DNA of 64,000 bases. Origin: Nemertoderma westbladi (Eukaryota > Animalia > Xenacoelomorpha). The stretch covers positions 10,957 to 74,956 of the forward strand of contig JAUCBJ010004529.1 in the NCBI GenBank assembly GCA_032718475.1, read 5' to 3'. The notes under the pieces were generated by a model. The model was not told the origin of the DNA and ran no database searches. It saw only the letters and a list, made by a program, of their open reading frames with translations. Below are positions 38,781-52,845 of this stretch, piece after piece. Positions within the stretch are counted from its first letter, which is position 1. The number at the start of each line of letters is the position of its first letter. The position numbers and the translations under genes are program-made.

Positions 38781-39287
38781 TTTTTATGGCATACATTTTT
38801 TCTGTTTCGTTTTTTTGAAATTTGCTTTGCATACATTATTATATTTTTTAATTGCTACTAATAATTTGCTATTTAATTATTTGTAATTGATTAATGATGA
38901 ATTAATATGATTATTGATTAATGCTTATAATAATTTGACTCTATTTAGCCTAACCTGTGTGTGTATTACTAATTATTATGCACATATTTTCTTCTGCTTT
39001 TGATTACCTCTGCCTTTAATAGAGTATGAATTTAACGATATCTATTTCACGATATCTGCTATTTTACCATGTGTAATTCTGCATGGTTTAAAGAATTTAT
39101 ACTATTAAAAGTTACCTTCTTGTTGTCTGTAAAACCTTTTTCCTTCGCAAGACTTAATTATAGTTGCAGAGACAATTTTATCTGCATGGCGTTGCTGCAT
39201 TTGCATTAGCATTCCACTTAATAAAATATTCAAAAAAGATATTTTTTGGCAATTAAACAAAAACCTACATATCCTATTCTACATAGA

Positions 39288-39410
39288 CTACTACTAGGTC
39301 GAGCGAGCTCGGACAGTGTGAATGATGTCCTTCCAGGCTTCCCGATTCTCCACAGTTGTCTCAATTTCGTTTCTCCGAAGTCCAGTATCCCTTTTAAGTT
39401 AGTCTATAAT
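39288..39410 (-). mobile_element. 3' end of the RTE LINE family found at 44395-46483
   Basis: Reverse complement matches 46360-46480, including the (TAG)n tail. Confidence 0.85.
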
Positions 39411-39439
39411 TTATATACAGTATGTCATAGCCGGTCGTC

Positions 39440-40185
39440 CATTGTTAAGCTTTCCTTTGTGTTAGGTGACACAAAAATAGGTCAGCTTAGATCAAAATAG
39501 ACCACCATCTTGTTCAACCATGACGCAGCTTGGAGTTTCTGCCAGGAAAAACAGCAGTTCATCTTGTAAGATTAATTGACAAAGCATTCATGGCCGGAGC
39601 CACTGGAGAAGATCCAGATTCTGAAGACGGAAGTACCGGCTTCAGGTATAATAGGTATAATCTATATATCTATATACCTAGGTATAATCTTACTGGTAGT
39701 CAACAAGAAATGATTACTGCCCGTGGAAGTTCAAGTGCTGGTTCGAGTTTGGCACATGATCTTGAGGGTCGAAAGTTTATTGTCAAGTGCTACAAACACG
39801 ATTGAGAAGCGGAGATAGGTGGTCAAGGAATGTCACTCGAAGATCACTGCCAGAAACAGGTGCAAATGCACACCATTGCTGGCAGTATTGCTGAGAGTCT
39901 ACGTGCCGCAGCACCACCTGAGTTTCGTGCGGTATTTCGTTACAATAGAGTATTCTACAGCAAGCCAGACGGCAAAGCAGTTAGGCTACTGTGGAACATT
40001 ATGTCGATGGAAAGTTTGTGAAATATATAAACAATGATGGGACGCCACTGCCACTTATGCCGGGCAATGAAGACAAAGAGGCTGTTCTTAAAGCTGAGGC
40101 CCTAGTACACTTTAGTTATTATTACTCTGATGATAAATTTATGGTACTGTATGTTCAAGGTGCTGCATACAATTCATGCAGATGA
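39440..40185 (+). pseudogene. Alpha-kinase (eEF2K/MHCK/TRPM6-7 kinase family) domain relic
   Basis: KFIVKCYK; KQVQMHTIAGSIA; VEHYVDGKFVKYINNDG; KAEALVHFSYYYSDDKFMVLYVQG; frameshifts and stops; 3' end cut by a LINE. Confidence 0.8.
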
Positions 40186-40189
40186 CAAG

Positions 40190-41200
40190 TTAGACCTAGT
40201 ACGGCAGGAAAGTGGGAATGCTGAGTGAGGAGACGCTGGTCCGGATAATAAGATGGTAACTAATTTCTATGTTGGATACTGTTCTCATATCGCAATGGAT
40301 ATCTTTAAACGGGAACACAAATGTAACGATTCTACTACTAGGATCGGCATGCTGCATTGCAGCTGCATTTTTAAGAATGCTGTGCCGGCTTGTAGACAAA
40401 ATTGCACCGCCACAACTCCCTATCACCCATGACATTTGCTAGATCATCCGCATAAAATAATAATCGGACCTTACGTTTCCGATTAATTCTCAGTGACTTC
40501 CAAATCCTGGAAAGCCTATTCAAGGCTGCCCATGCCTTTCCCTTACGTATTCGAAGGTCCTCACCTGACTTCCGGATCCATTATCCCAGGTAACAGAAGT
40601 CGTCCACATGCTCAAGCGTACCATCCTTTGAACTTATGCTCATCCGATCAGAGACTTGCTGAGGACTTTCAAAGTTAACTGTTTTCTGGAGTTAATAAAA
40701 AGACCAACATTAGAAGCAGCATGTTCTAATGAGCTGAGGAGCCGTTGGGCTCCCTCTACAGTAGTGATTTTGAGAGTACTCCTAAGTCATCAGCAAAGTC
40801 TAGATCAGTTAGGTACTTGGCAGGATTTCCTCGACTTCTGGAGCCAGTAGGTGGAGTTTCCATCACCCCATCATCATATGATGATCTAAGGACATTGTAG
40901 AACATAGTCAACCACAATTATGAACAAGAATGGTGCAAGTGTGTCTCCCTGGAGGACGCCCCATAACACTTGAAATGGTTCTGTATCACCGTCAACAGTA
41001 TACACAAATGTTGTCGAACAATCATATACTGATCTGATTGCTGCAATAATTTCATCAGGAATCCCATATAGTGAAAGTATGCTGAACATACGTGAGTGAG
41101 AGACTGAATCAAAGGCCTTGAAGAAGTCAACAAAGATACAGCCAGTTGCCTGTCTTTCTTTTTTGATAACTCTTCAATTATCCTTTTAATTCCCAAAAAA
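40190..41200 (-). mobile_element. RTE-clade LINE RT fragment (second family)
   Basis: VDFFKAFDSV; YGIPDEIIAAI; GVLQGDTLAPFLFIIVVDY; LTDLDFADD. Confidence 0.85.
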
Positions 41201-43799
41201 CGATTACTACGATTAAAACGATTAACGATTACTGCACCACTGTATGCTCAAACTCAACCCATTCAACAACAAAGATCGACTTATTATTCTTTATATGCGC
41301 TATTGAGTATTGACTATCTGACTCGGAGTCTATCTATATGTCATAAGTTTAAATGTCAAATTGTTTATGCTGGCCCATTACACTCGCAAAACTTAATATT
41401 AATATGAAAAAGTATTCAATATTAATTATAACCTTAAGTTAACATAAAAATTATTTCAGTTAATAATTATAATTAAAGTGAACAATTACAAATTTATAAT
41501 GTTCTTCTATATTATTATAGTACACATCAGTTTTGTGTACTTTTGATGTTAATATATTATAGGCCTATTATTATTAAAATTCTAATAATTTTTTACTAAA
41601 ATATTGAACACCAAGAGCACACAAAACTGATGGATTATAATACTAACGTTAATTTTTTTTAAATGTTTAAATTTATGAAATATTTATTTAACTATCTTAC
41701 AGTCTAAACAGCCACATAATTAACTCCGACTTGAGGACTCCTCCTCCTCGTCAAGGAGCATATTAATTAACCGACCTGCGACCAAGAGTCATTAAGCCTA
41801 ATGATGCGTTAGGGCTAATTAATAATTAAATAAAAAGTATAATCTAGTCTAATCTATAAAAGTATAATTATAGGCCGGTACAACCGTACTAATTATTCCG
41901 ACGATTTCCGAAGGTTTCTTGCTTCTTTTACTTTCGTTTAGTTCCTTTCTAGTTTGGGCCTAATCGGTAGCGGCATACCGGAAACCGGTACTGACGCTGT
42001 ACCTCAGGTATATCTACAGCAGTCTGGCAGCCGTAGTCCACGACCCCTAGGATTGTTAAGACTCGGAGTAGGCCTAGTAGGGAGCAGTACCACCTGGAGA
42101 AATAAATTATATTCTTGGAATAATTTTTTTCTAACTTTATAATATTCTATATGGCGTGGCCTAGAGCAGCCACCTATATAAACCATTACGTGGTTAGCCT
42201 TATATCTATGCTTGGCAGCAGACATCCGCTATATAATTAATAAAATCTTACATGGGATTTTTTTCAATTAATTTTTTTTAATTAATTTTTTTTCTTTAAA
42301 GTTTTTTCTGTAATTTTTTCTTTGTACATTTTTTTTCTATAATTTTTTTTCAATAATTTTTTTCTTCATAATTTTTTTTTCTGTATTAATTTTTTTTCAA
42401 TATTTTTTCTGTTTATTTTTTTATATAAATTTTTTTATCGTAATTAAATTAATTATCTTAGATGATGGTGATTTTTCATGTGGCAGCAATTGGCCACCAT
42501 ACTACTGTATATTAAGGGTACCAGCCCGCCGTGGGGGGTCAAAAAATAGACTTTTGGGTTGTGATCGATCCTACACCAAAATTTAATGGAGATTTCAAAT
42601 CTGAAAACGATTTTCGAGATCTAAACCCGGTCTTGTTTTATAGATATTTTAAATAGAGGTGTGTTGTGTTTAGCTAGCACTATACAACTTGCTGACTTGT
42701 CCCTTCTTGGCGGCATTGATTTATGCAAGTGACCCATAGGCTAGATAGGACCATATAGATGGTCAAGTACAAATTCTCTGAAAGCCTGGTGAGTATATTG
42801 TGGTGAGTGATCTATAATGTCTGTCTGTACATATATCCGTTTATATGTCGGTCTGTCTCTGAACAACTAACACAGATGTCTGTCAGTCTGCCAGGTTGTC
42901 TATCAAAACTCAGAAAGCATACCAGTTGCCTCAATTATTCGTTATGGCGTGTTTCTTGGCCGGTGATTTCATTTTCGTTCCGATGAGATTTTTTAGGTTA
43001 GATAAAATTTGGATTGTCTGTATGTCCATCTATATATGCCTAATGTACAGTATAATACAAATGTGAAATGATATACTTCATAAAATGAATAAATAAAGAT
43101 CTACACTACCGATATAAGATATGTATGTTTGTAGTATAAGAAGTTCCTAAAGCCTATTCACAGTAAAGCTAATTACGAAAATACGAAAATTGATATGTAT
43201 ATAATATCAGTAAAATGATATCGGTTTGATACTACAGTAGGCCTTATGTTTCCGATAAGCCGAAAAGCTCTTCTACCCTACAGGAGATTAGTCATTACTC
43301 ATTAGTATGGTACCTCCTACCTTTGTTATTAAGATTAATTGTCACGAACTGCACACCATCACCTCTACCTACGTAAACTTGAAGTTTGTTGTGGAGAGGC
43401 AGTAAACCTTCTGATTGGGTTTCAATCCAATTAAAATTGAGGCAACAGGACAATAGTTGATCTGCTCATGATGTCAAGTGTCTCTGATTTCATTTAGACG
43501 TTGCTCGTCTTTCTAGTGAAGTGACCTGGAGATCAAATGCATTCCTGCAAAAAGTTTGAAATACATCATCATAACCCGTGTTGTAGGAGCATTATTCACA
43601 AAACATACAAACAATTAAAAATTGAACAGGTAGGATGGAAAAGGGTGTAACTTCGAAGAAATGCTTAACTGACCCTGAAACGGGAGAGAGACGCAAAATG
43701 GTGTTGTCGCGTTACGGCAAGTTTTTTAGGACAGTAGCCGTTAAAGCTACTTTTATTATTATTATTATAATTATTTTATTTCATTAGCTTCAGACGTAG

Positions 43800-46700
43800 A
43801 CATATATGTATTATTGTATATACATATAGGTAGTATTATAGCACAATAAGATTGAAATATAGGTAATTAATTATGCATTAAAATAGCAGAAACCGAAAAC
43901 CCCCCCATAAACTAGAATCATATTTATAACGTAACATCCTTACTGATGTAATCAAGGAGTTATTTGACTTCAGTATTCTAGAATACAAACTGTAAAAAGA
44001 TCGAGGTCTTATATGCAAGGAAGTTGGAACTCTATTGTATACAAACAATTCACTGGCATTGCAGTATATCTATTTAATATACGGAAAATCCTATGATATG
44101 CTCTCTGATTGTCTTAACGGAATTTACTGATATACCAACCAAAGATTGCAAACATAAATACTAGTACAATATGAGCGAAATAATATATTTTTAACCTAAC
44201 GGAACAATTACCAAATTTCCTAACTAGACTGTTACCTCTTCGATACAAACTATTTGTTTGGTTTTCTATATCCAACTTATCATCGATATTTGTATTTATA
44301 ATATGATCTAAACTTTAAGTAGCACTACTAACTGTATTAATTACTGATTACTTATTAAATAATGTTCCTCCGCATATTTACTGTATATATTTAGTTCTGG
44401 CAGAAACTCAGAACTGACAATGCAGTAAAGGATGCTTACACAGTAGAAGTTCAAAACCGCTTTGAAACACTTCAGTCAATGGATCAAGACCAGTCCACCA
44501 ATTCAATATACCAGAATATAATAAAAGCCCACAAGGAATCAGCTAAGTGGCATATCCCCCAGAAACCCAAACGTAAACAGTATGTGCCATGGCAAAACTC
44601 TGAGGTTACTTGTAAGAGAGAAGATCTTAAGATAGATAAAGTAAAAAGCTGTAAAAAGTTTTTACTATAAAGTAAAAACCGAACAACCTACAACCGAAAA
44701 CATTAACAAGGTTGAGAAAGCTAGTATATACAGGATAAAATTGAAGCAATTAAAAACGCTCACATACAGCAACAATCAGACTTACCTGGCAAACTGTAAA
44801 TGAGGTATCTGGTCGGAAAAGGTGTGCAAAGGGGCGCCTCAAAGCCCCTCAAAGTCCCAAGCCACCTCAATGTCCTGAAGAACGTGTTGGGAAGTGGAAA
44901 AATCACTTCAGCAACTTGCTTGGGCAGCCACAAACATCGAGGTCAACCCTACAAGGAAAATATATGACAAGACACTACCTTTAGAAACAGGGGACTTCAC
45001 ACCTGCCGAACTCCAAATCTCCAATAATAAAGCGAGTGGATTAGATGAAATTCCAGCAGAGGTATGGAAAACAGGAGTGCTAAACAGACCATTATTGAAT
45101 GTTTGCAACCGGATGTTAAAAGGGGAAAAGCCACCACCAATTTGGACTAAAGGTCAACTAAAGACTTTCCCCAAGAAAGGAGACCTCGGTATACCAACAA
45201 ACTATCATGGGATCTGTCTGCATGTGGTAGCTGCCAAAATATACAATAAAATGATTCTATATAGGATTAGGCCTCACATAGAGAAACTACTGCGTGAGAG
45301 CCAAAACGGATTTCGACCAAATAGATCAACAATAGCTCAGATACTTGCACTATGGAGACTGATTGAAGGAAATAAGTCAAAGAATCTCCCCCCAGTCATG
45401 ACTTTTGAGGACTTCAAGAAGGCATTCGACTCCATCCATAGAGGTAAAATGCTTGAAATCCTAAGAGCTTATGGAATACCAGAAGTAATTGTTGCTGGCA
45501 TTGGATTGTTATATTGTGACACAGAAGCACAGGTACTCTCACCAGATGGTGAAACTGAGTTTTTCTCAATCCTGGCTGGCGTACTGCAAGGTGACACATT
45601 AGCACCATTACTATTTGTGATTGTACTGGATTACGCAATGAGGACGGCCACAAAAGGTGAAGCTGGGATTCACACTTCAAGAACGCAGAAGTAGTAGATA
45701 TCCGGCAACTACAGTCACAGACACTGACTTTGCGGATGACATCGCCCTGCTCTCTAATACGCTAGCAGATGCACAGCTTCTACTAAATAAAGTGGAGAGG
45801 GCTGCTAAGGAGGTTGGATTGCATATAAATTCTACCAAGACCGAATTCATGACTTTTAATGTTGATGGAAACTTGACAACCATTGATAATAATTAACTAA
45901 GGAAGGTCAACGACTTCCAGTACCTAGGATCATGGAGTAGCAAAAAGGACATAGAAGTTAGGAAAACAAAGGCTTGGGAAGCTCTATCAAAAATGGATAC
46001 TATCTGGAAAACAGATCATTCCAGGCACCTGAAGACTAAGTTCTTTCGAGCCACAGTGGAAAGTGTATTTTTATACGGGGGTGAGACCTGGACACTGACT
46101 AAATCACTTGAACAATGAATTGATGGTTGCTACTAAGGGAAGACTACTAAGGTCAGCCCTAAACATCAGCTGGAGACAACACATGACAAACGCTGAGCTT
46201 TATGGTATAATACCACCTGTATCAACCACGCTCCGTGAACACAGATTAAGATTCAGTGAGCACTGCTGGCGAAGTAAAGACAAGGTCATACCAGATCTAC
46301 TTTTCTGGCAACCAACTCATGGAAAGCGTAGTCGTAGACGACCGGACATAATATATATAGATCAACTTGAAAGGGATACTGAACTTGGGAGAAACGATAT
46401 TGCGACAACTATGGAGAATCGGGAAGCCTGGAAGGATCTCATTTCCACTGTCCGAGTTCGCTCGACCTAGTAGTAGTAGTAGTATATCAATTAAAGTTTG
46501 TAATGCCTGGGGGCTAGTTGCCATAAGTGATAAATCATCTGCATAAGAAATATTGTTACAACTACTATTATTCAAATTGCACCCTAAATTTGTATTATTT
46601 AGCTGACGTGAGAGATCGTCCATATAAACATTATACAAAATGGGAGAAATTACACTGCCCTGCTTAACACCATTTGATACAGGGAATTTACTTGTAAAAG

Positions 46701-48450
46701 ACCTTTCCCATTTAATACATATAACTTGATTGCAATACCAATAGTCGAACTATAGATTTAGGTAACCCCCTATCTAATAATTTACTAAATAACAGCATAT
46801 AATAACAATAATAATAACAGTTATTTCTTTTAGCACAAATATATATAAATCAGTGCTATGATATGCCTTAAAATCAAACTGGTTATCCGTTACATTAAGT
46901 TTAGATTTGTATCTTGTAAGAATCACCCATTCTAGAACTTTAGATATCATGTTGGAGATAGCTACTGGGCTATAATTACTTTTATCAGTAACTCGCTCAT
47001 TCTTATTCATTATTCTTTATTACAGGCACAATGTAGCTACTAATAAGTGAAGAAGGTAAATAACTATAAAATAAATCCGTGGAAAGTAAAAAAGATAAAT
47101 TGACTGACAGGTTGTCAGGAGCATTTAGTAAATGTTCCGCACTCACTCTATCGGCACCACATGCCTTACCCATTCAACAGTTTACTATATTCTTCACGCC
47201 CCAAATATATCCTCTTCACCCATGGCTGAGTCTACAGTGTCCGGTAAGACGACACGCTGGCAACTTAACTTTGAAACCTGCTTCTAGAAATCCTTACAAT
47301 CCGAATTTAACAAGCTTTGTGCCAAGGGATAATTTCTGATTCGTGTTTCCGATTTACAACATTGTCAAAGGGATAACCTAAACGACGCCCATATATTATG
47401 CATCTCTACAGCAATTGGGCCATCCCATGGACTCCCAACCACAAGCTATCACATGAAATCCTCTCTAGCTTTATCGTACTTGTCCTTAACAATTTCCAAC
47501 CACCCAGGAACAATTGGAAAATATTTTTCACGAGGACTATGCATAGGAATGGAAGATTTTGAAGCCACCGGAATAGCAAAACGGACCAATGTATGATTAG
47601 CCAAACGGACCCATCTAGAAGACTTTGCGAAACCGATTTCTTTGTGATAACCTAGAATGAATTATATGGAAACTGTGAGCGAGTAGAATTATCGCATTTA
47701 CCCAAAGGAATACATAATCTAATACAAGTAACATCAGTACTGAGTTTACTCTTGACATACGATTCCACCATCTCCTTCGTAACCTCAGGATCACAGTTCG
47801 TAAGAAACAACTTTGACATTGCCTCAGCAGTGGGAAAACCTCCAGGCACGAAGTTATTCAACCATGGCTGTGACACACCTCCATTCCTTCCACCCAAACA
47901 TACACCATGACCATTGTGACTGGTTGCTTGAGAAGCGCGAACCTGACGTCGTTGGCATCTCTCATTTGGGAATTGCCACTCTGCATCTTCTATACCTTTC
48001 CGCATAGCATCAACATATGAGCGGTTCGACGCATCATCTTCCCATGACACAGCAGCATGGGCAGTACTATGGATCCACCATCCTTATCCAAGCTACTTGG
48101 ACAGATGAACCATCAGGTCCAGGTTCCAGTACCGGTACCATTGTTAAATGGGCTGAAACTGGACCCGACCTACTCCGGTTAGACAAATCCGATTTTCGGA
48201 CACAGTTGTGCTTGAGATCAGCAAACTTACCCATACCTGTCGCATCAGTGAGATCATATCAGATGAGTTTACACTATGTGGTGATAAACTCCTGTGATCC
48301 CTCATTACGAATATTACATTAGGAACCATCTCCGAGAAACCAGGATATTCAAATATGGATTCATGGACATAATATCCGAAACACTGTTCATCCAAAACTG
48401 GGAAGTGTTTTATTTCCTTAAAACCATCTTGGGCGTCCCATGCACTAACA
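43800..48450 (-). mobile_element. Decayed LINE (ORF1 relic plus ORF2, RTE-X-like) split by the RTE insertion
   Basis: ORF1-like LFLTNCDPEVTKEMVESYV (~47750); RT motifs NYSPVAIS, GVKQGSVISPILYNVYMDDL, ISYADDL, QALQTLID; continues left of the RTE as IYSKYAEEH, DDKLDIENQTNSLYRRGNSLVRKFGNCS. Confidence 0.8.
44395..46483 (+). mobile_element. 5'-truncated RTE (BovB-like) LINE with (TAG)n tail
   Basis: VEVQNRFETL; KASGLDEIPAEVWK; KKGDLGIPTNYHGI; QNGFRPNRST; DFKKAFDSIHR; GVLQGDTLAPLLF; DFADDIALL; RLRFSEHCWR; ends in TAGTAGTAGTAG; several frameshifts. Confidence 0.92.
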
Positions 48451-48650
48451 AACCCAGATAGAATATTTTTAGCTTGTTAGATTGTTTTATATTTTTGTAT
48501 GTCACAATAATTTGAATTGAGTGTATTTTTATCTGTGTTTCCATGATGCCTACACAATGAGGCTTACTTAATATATTATATTTATATATATATAGTTAAT
48601 TATAAGGAACAAGATGTGTACAGTACAAGCTGACTGGTGAAATATATATA

Positions 48651-50387
48651 TATAGAAACAAATGTGAAACCAGTCTCCTATCAAAGATGAAACCTGCCTA
48701 CAAATAAACACTTTAATAACTGCTCGAATAACTATTCTATATATTAGAAAATACAGGACTTTTTGTCCACAGAAAGGGGTAAGTCTACATGCTAAATTTG
48801 ATAAAAATAAAGGGTTTCAGGATTTAAACACTGTACCCAGAGAAACACAGCTCCATCATCAGCAGTGTACTGTGAGTCCCTAACCCTATCTTAATACAGC
48901 ACTGTACCAATTGACCAAGAAATAGGAAATGTAACCAAATACTAAGGTGACCAGACGTCCCGCTTTCGGCAGGACAGTCCCGCTTTGTAGTCCCTCTGTC
49001 ACATTGTCCCCCGAGATGCCTGGCGGGACGCCCGATTGTCCCGCCTTGGCTGAAACGATCCTGCTTTTCTAGTGAAATGTTGAATATAATTATTTTAACT
49101 CTAAACTGAACTAAACCTTATGGTAAGGAAATTTGAAATGACTGATCTGCCGCACTGCACTGCAGCTGTTAAGTTCACCTGCCACTACTACCTGTACGGC
49201 CTGACTGAAATCGAAACTAAAACCATTTATACAGTATATTATAATTGTTGTAGGCCTACGGTTTTTTCATGATTAAGTTCCTGTGCGCGTACGAAATGCG
49301 AAGCGATTTTGATTGACTGCATATTACCGTTTACTGATGAACTCATGTTTAAAGATATCGAACAAGCTTCATTTGTTTCATTTTCCTTTGACAGTTCAAA
49401 CCGAATGGTGCGGTGGCTGATTGCGGCCTATTATTGCCATTTTTTAATGTTTATCACCCGGGTGAAAAATATTTAAATGTTTAACCTTTCGGTGATTGTT
49501 TTGATTAGAATAACATGCCACTATAACCTGATCCTTTCCCTTAATTGATTATTAAGATTGGGCGAGATATGCCAAGAGTGAATCTGGATCAAAATGATAG
49601 CTTTCGATATTATTTATAAGGAATCTAACTACATGTGTTCAGAGTTCCGACACATTCCTGGCGCGTTTTTCACCCGAGTCATAAATCGCCCCTTTCATTT
49701 TGAAACCACCTATATGGGATTTTTGCCGAAATGGATATTGCTGCATTTCTTTATGTTAAAATGTATTCTGAATCTGATTAACTCACTTAGAAGGCCATGC
49801 CCCCAAAATCTTATACCAGTAAATCCTAAAACAAACTACCGAAGTGCATGCAACCAAAATAAGAAAGAACCAAAGTAAGAATAATGACCAAATTGTGTAC
49901 CACTATATCTAACATGCATAACAAATGTTAACATGTTAGATATAGTGGTACACAATTTGGTCATTATTCTTACTTTGGTTCTTTCTTATTTTGGTTGCAT
50001 GTACTTTGGTGGTTTGTTTTAGGCTTTACTGCTATCAGATTTTGGGTATCATCTATATCTACTTTCCGCCTGATTTGTTTTTTTCTGTATTTCAGTATTT
50101 GGTTACATTTCCTATTTCTTGGTCAATTGGTACAGTGCTGTATTAAGATAAGGTTAGGGACTCACAGTACACTGCTGATGATGGAGCTGTGTTTCTCTGG
50201 GTACAGTGTTTAAATCCTGAAACCCTTTATTTTTATCAAATTTAGTATGTTACACTTACCCATTTCGGCGGACAAAAAGTCCTGTATTTTCTAATATATA
50301 GGATAGTAATTCGTGCAGTTATTAAAGTGTTTATTTGTAGGTAGGTTTCATTTTTGATAGGAGACTGGTTTCACATTTGTTTCTATA
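48651..50387. mobile_element. Fold-back (palindromic) element interrupted in its left arm
   Basis: 48651-48943 is inverted at 50093-50387; 49802-49916 is inverted at 49932-50046 around a short loop; TA-rich flanks. Confidence 0.85.
48943..49410 (+). mobile_element. hAT (Blackjack-like) 5' end plus transposase fragment
   Basis: Starts TAAGGTGACCAGACGTCCCG with GTCCCG repeats; peptides CARTKCEAIL and ELMFKDIEQASFVSFSFDSSNR. Confidence 0.65.
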
Positions 50388-51049
50388 ATTAATTATATAT
50401 ATATATAATTAACAAATTTCGTGAATTTACACCACCCCTCTACTTGTGATGTAATCTCAGTAACATGGTCCTGATAACCACCTATTCATAATGTAATTTA
50501 AAACATCATTACACACCAGAGTTTCCTTCCGATGGTGCAGGACTGAAAAAGTCCTCCTTATCAGACTCAACCCTAGTAGTAGGCCTATCCGCTGGTACGG
50601 CTGGTAGGCTGTTTAGTCAGTAGGTAGGTACCATATAAGCAGTATAGCAGTGCATCAGTCCAGTGCAGTCAGTCTGTTGCCATTATATTTTATAATTATA
50701 TTATATTATAATTTGAAAGTGGTGGGAAGGATACTTTACAAATAAAGTAGCCGTAACGCGACAGTAGCTAACGCGACAACTCCATTATAAAGTACTACCT
50801 GCAGTCCGCCCCGCCCATTCATAATTTGTAGTACCTGCTTGATTATTGCCTGCCTACATGTACCATAAGTTCAGAAGAGCCTAAATGCTGACAGGTGGAG
50901 GTGCGACTAATCACGCATTGAGAAAATAAATACCAATTTATTTTTAAAGTTATTTTGAGAATAATAACATTGAGAAGAGATTGATTCCATTAAAAAACAA
51001 AACAACGAGAAAATAAATACAATGAGAAAAATATATGCAAAATATAAAT

Positions 51050-51445
51050 ATTGAGACAACAAACACATTGAAACAATAAACACATTGAGACAATAAACAC
51101 ATTGAGACAATAAACACATTGAGACAATAAACACATTGAAACAATAAACACATTGAGACAATAAACACATTGAGACAATAAACACATTGAGACAATAAAC
51201 ACATTGAGACAATAAACACATTGAGACAATAAACACATTGAGACAATAAACACATTGAGACAATAAACACATTGAGACAATAAACACATTGAGACAATAA
51301 ACACATTGAGACAATAAACACATTGAGACAATAAACACATTGAGACAATAAACACATTGAGACAATAAACACATTGAAACAATAAACACATTGAGAGAAT
51401 AAACACTTTGAGACAATAAACACATTGAGACAATAAACACATTGA
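51050..51445. repeat. 17-bp minisatellite, about 23 near-identical copies
   Basis: Unit ACACATTGAGACAATAA. Confidence 0.95.
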
Positions 51446-52471
51446 CAAAACGACATTGAGAAAAAATATTAAGAAAATAAATAAATTGAGAGAAAAAACA
51501 ATATAAAAAAAAATATTAATAAACTAAATTCATTAAAAAAATCACAAGATCATGAGAAAAAGATAAAAGTCTCTTATGCAAAACAAACTTCAAACTAAAT
51601 ACAGATGAATGATACTGAAATTTATTTTATCATTATATAATTATTGCCTGCCTATTGTGGGAGCCTCCGAAATTAAACCCAGAACCAATTATTTCATTAT
51701 ACATATATAACGTTGTATATTATTTTAATTCTATCTACCTTCTTACAGTAATTATAAACGAAGGATCTCCGATGCCTGTAACATATCACAACCAAAACTT
51801 ATCAGCAGGAAAAACTCCCGACCAACGAGGCGCAAACGCGTAGGAGCGTTTAAACAAAAATTTACATACGCCTGCTGAGTGAAAATTGATTTCCTTAGCC
51901 GTTTGCTTTGTTGTTATAATTTAATATTGAGCCAGCTTTCTCCCTGTGTAAATTGGTCTCTAAGTAACACAACATCATACACGAAGGAAGACCACACTAA
52001 TGAATCATTAATTGAGAAACCAGCACTGCGAAGTGTGGCGAATGGATGTCAGTGAATTCAAGATACAGAGTTAGAAATCTAGATAGGAATTAATTTGGGA
52101 TAAGAATAGAACAAAGTTCATTGAGAGTTTAGGGAATCGTGAATTATCATAATTCAATAGCTAGTAAAGCTCTTATGAAACTGTAGGACCTAGGCTATTA
52201 TTGGGAATCTTAAATATACACAAAAAGCTGAGTATCTTTTTTGAAAAATGTAATGTAAAGCATGGAAAACGGAGAGGACATTTATCCTCTTTATAAGTTC
52301 ATATAGATGATAATAGGAATAATGTGTTTACATTACCGGTCCGTATATAACAGCAGCGTACACGTCTGCACTATGTATAATACTTTAGGCTTTTATACTG
52401 ATAATGTCGTCCCTCTTTATTATCCCCTAGAAATGTGCTGGGGGGAATTTGCCCCCCCCCCCCCCCCCCCC

Positions 52472-52845
52472 TGTCAAAATGTTGGTCTTTCTGGAGTTAA
52501 TAAAAAGACCAACACTAGAAGCAGCATGTTCTAATGAGCTGAGGAGCCGTTGGGCTCCCTCTAGTGATTCTGAGAGTACTCCTAAGTCATCAGCAAAGTC
52601 TAGATCAGTTAGGTACTTGGCAGAATTTCCTCGACTTCTGGAGCCAGTAGGTGGAGTTATCATCACCCCATCATCATTATGATGATCTAAGGACATGCGT
52701 AGACATAGTCAACCACAATTATGTATGAACAAGAATGGTGCAAGTGTGTCTCCCTGGAGGACGCCCCATAACACTTCAAATGGTTCTGTGTCACCGTCAA
52801 CAGTAGACACAAACGTTGTCGAACCATCGTATACTGATCTGAAGA
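52472..52845 (-). mobile_element. RTE LINE RT fragment, paralogous to 40680-41035
   Basis: Near-identical DNA to the 40.7-41.0 kb fragment; YLTDLDFADDLGVLSES. Confidence 0.85.

Noticed and set aside
41510-41645. Imperfect ~40-bp inverted repeat
   Set aside because: Short, AT-rich and degenerate; probably the interior of an old MITE.
41880-42240. GC-richer island with short ORFs
   Set aside because: No recognisable motif in any frame I checked.
50173-50200. CTGATGA as a hammerhead ribozyme core
   Set aside because: No stem II followed by GAAA at this or the other CTGATGA sites I inspected.
50907-51456. Three ORFs with a 17-aa Cys-rich repeat
   Set aside because: Translation of a 17-bp minisatellite; all three minus frames give the same peptide.
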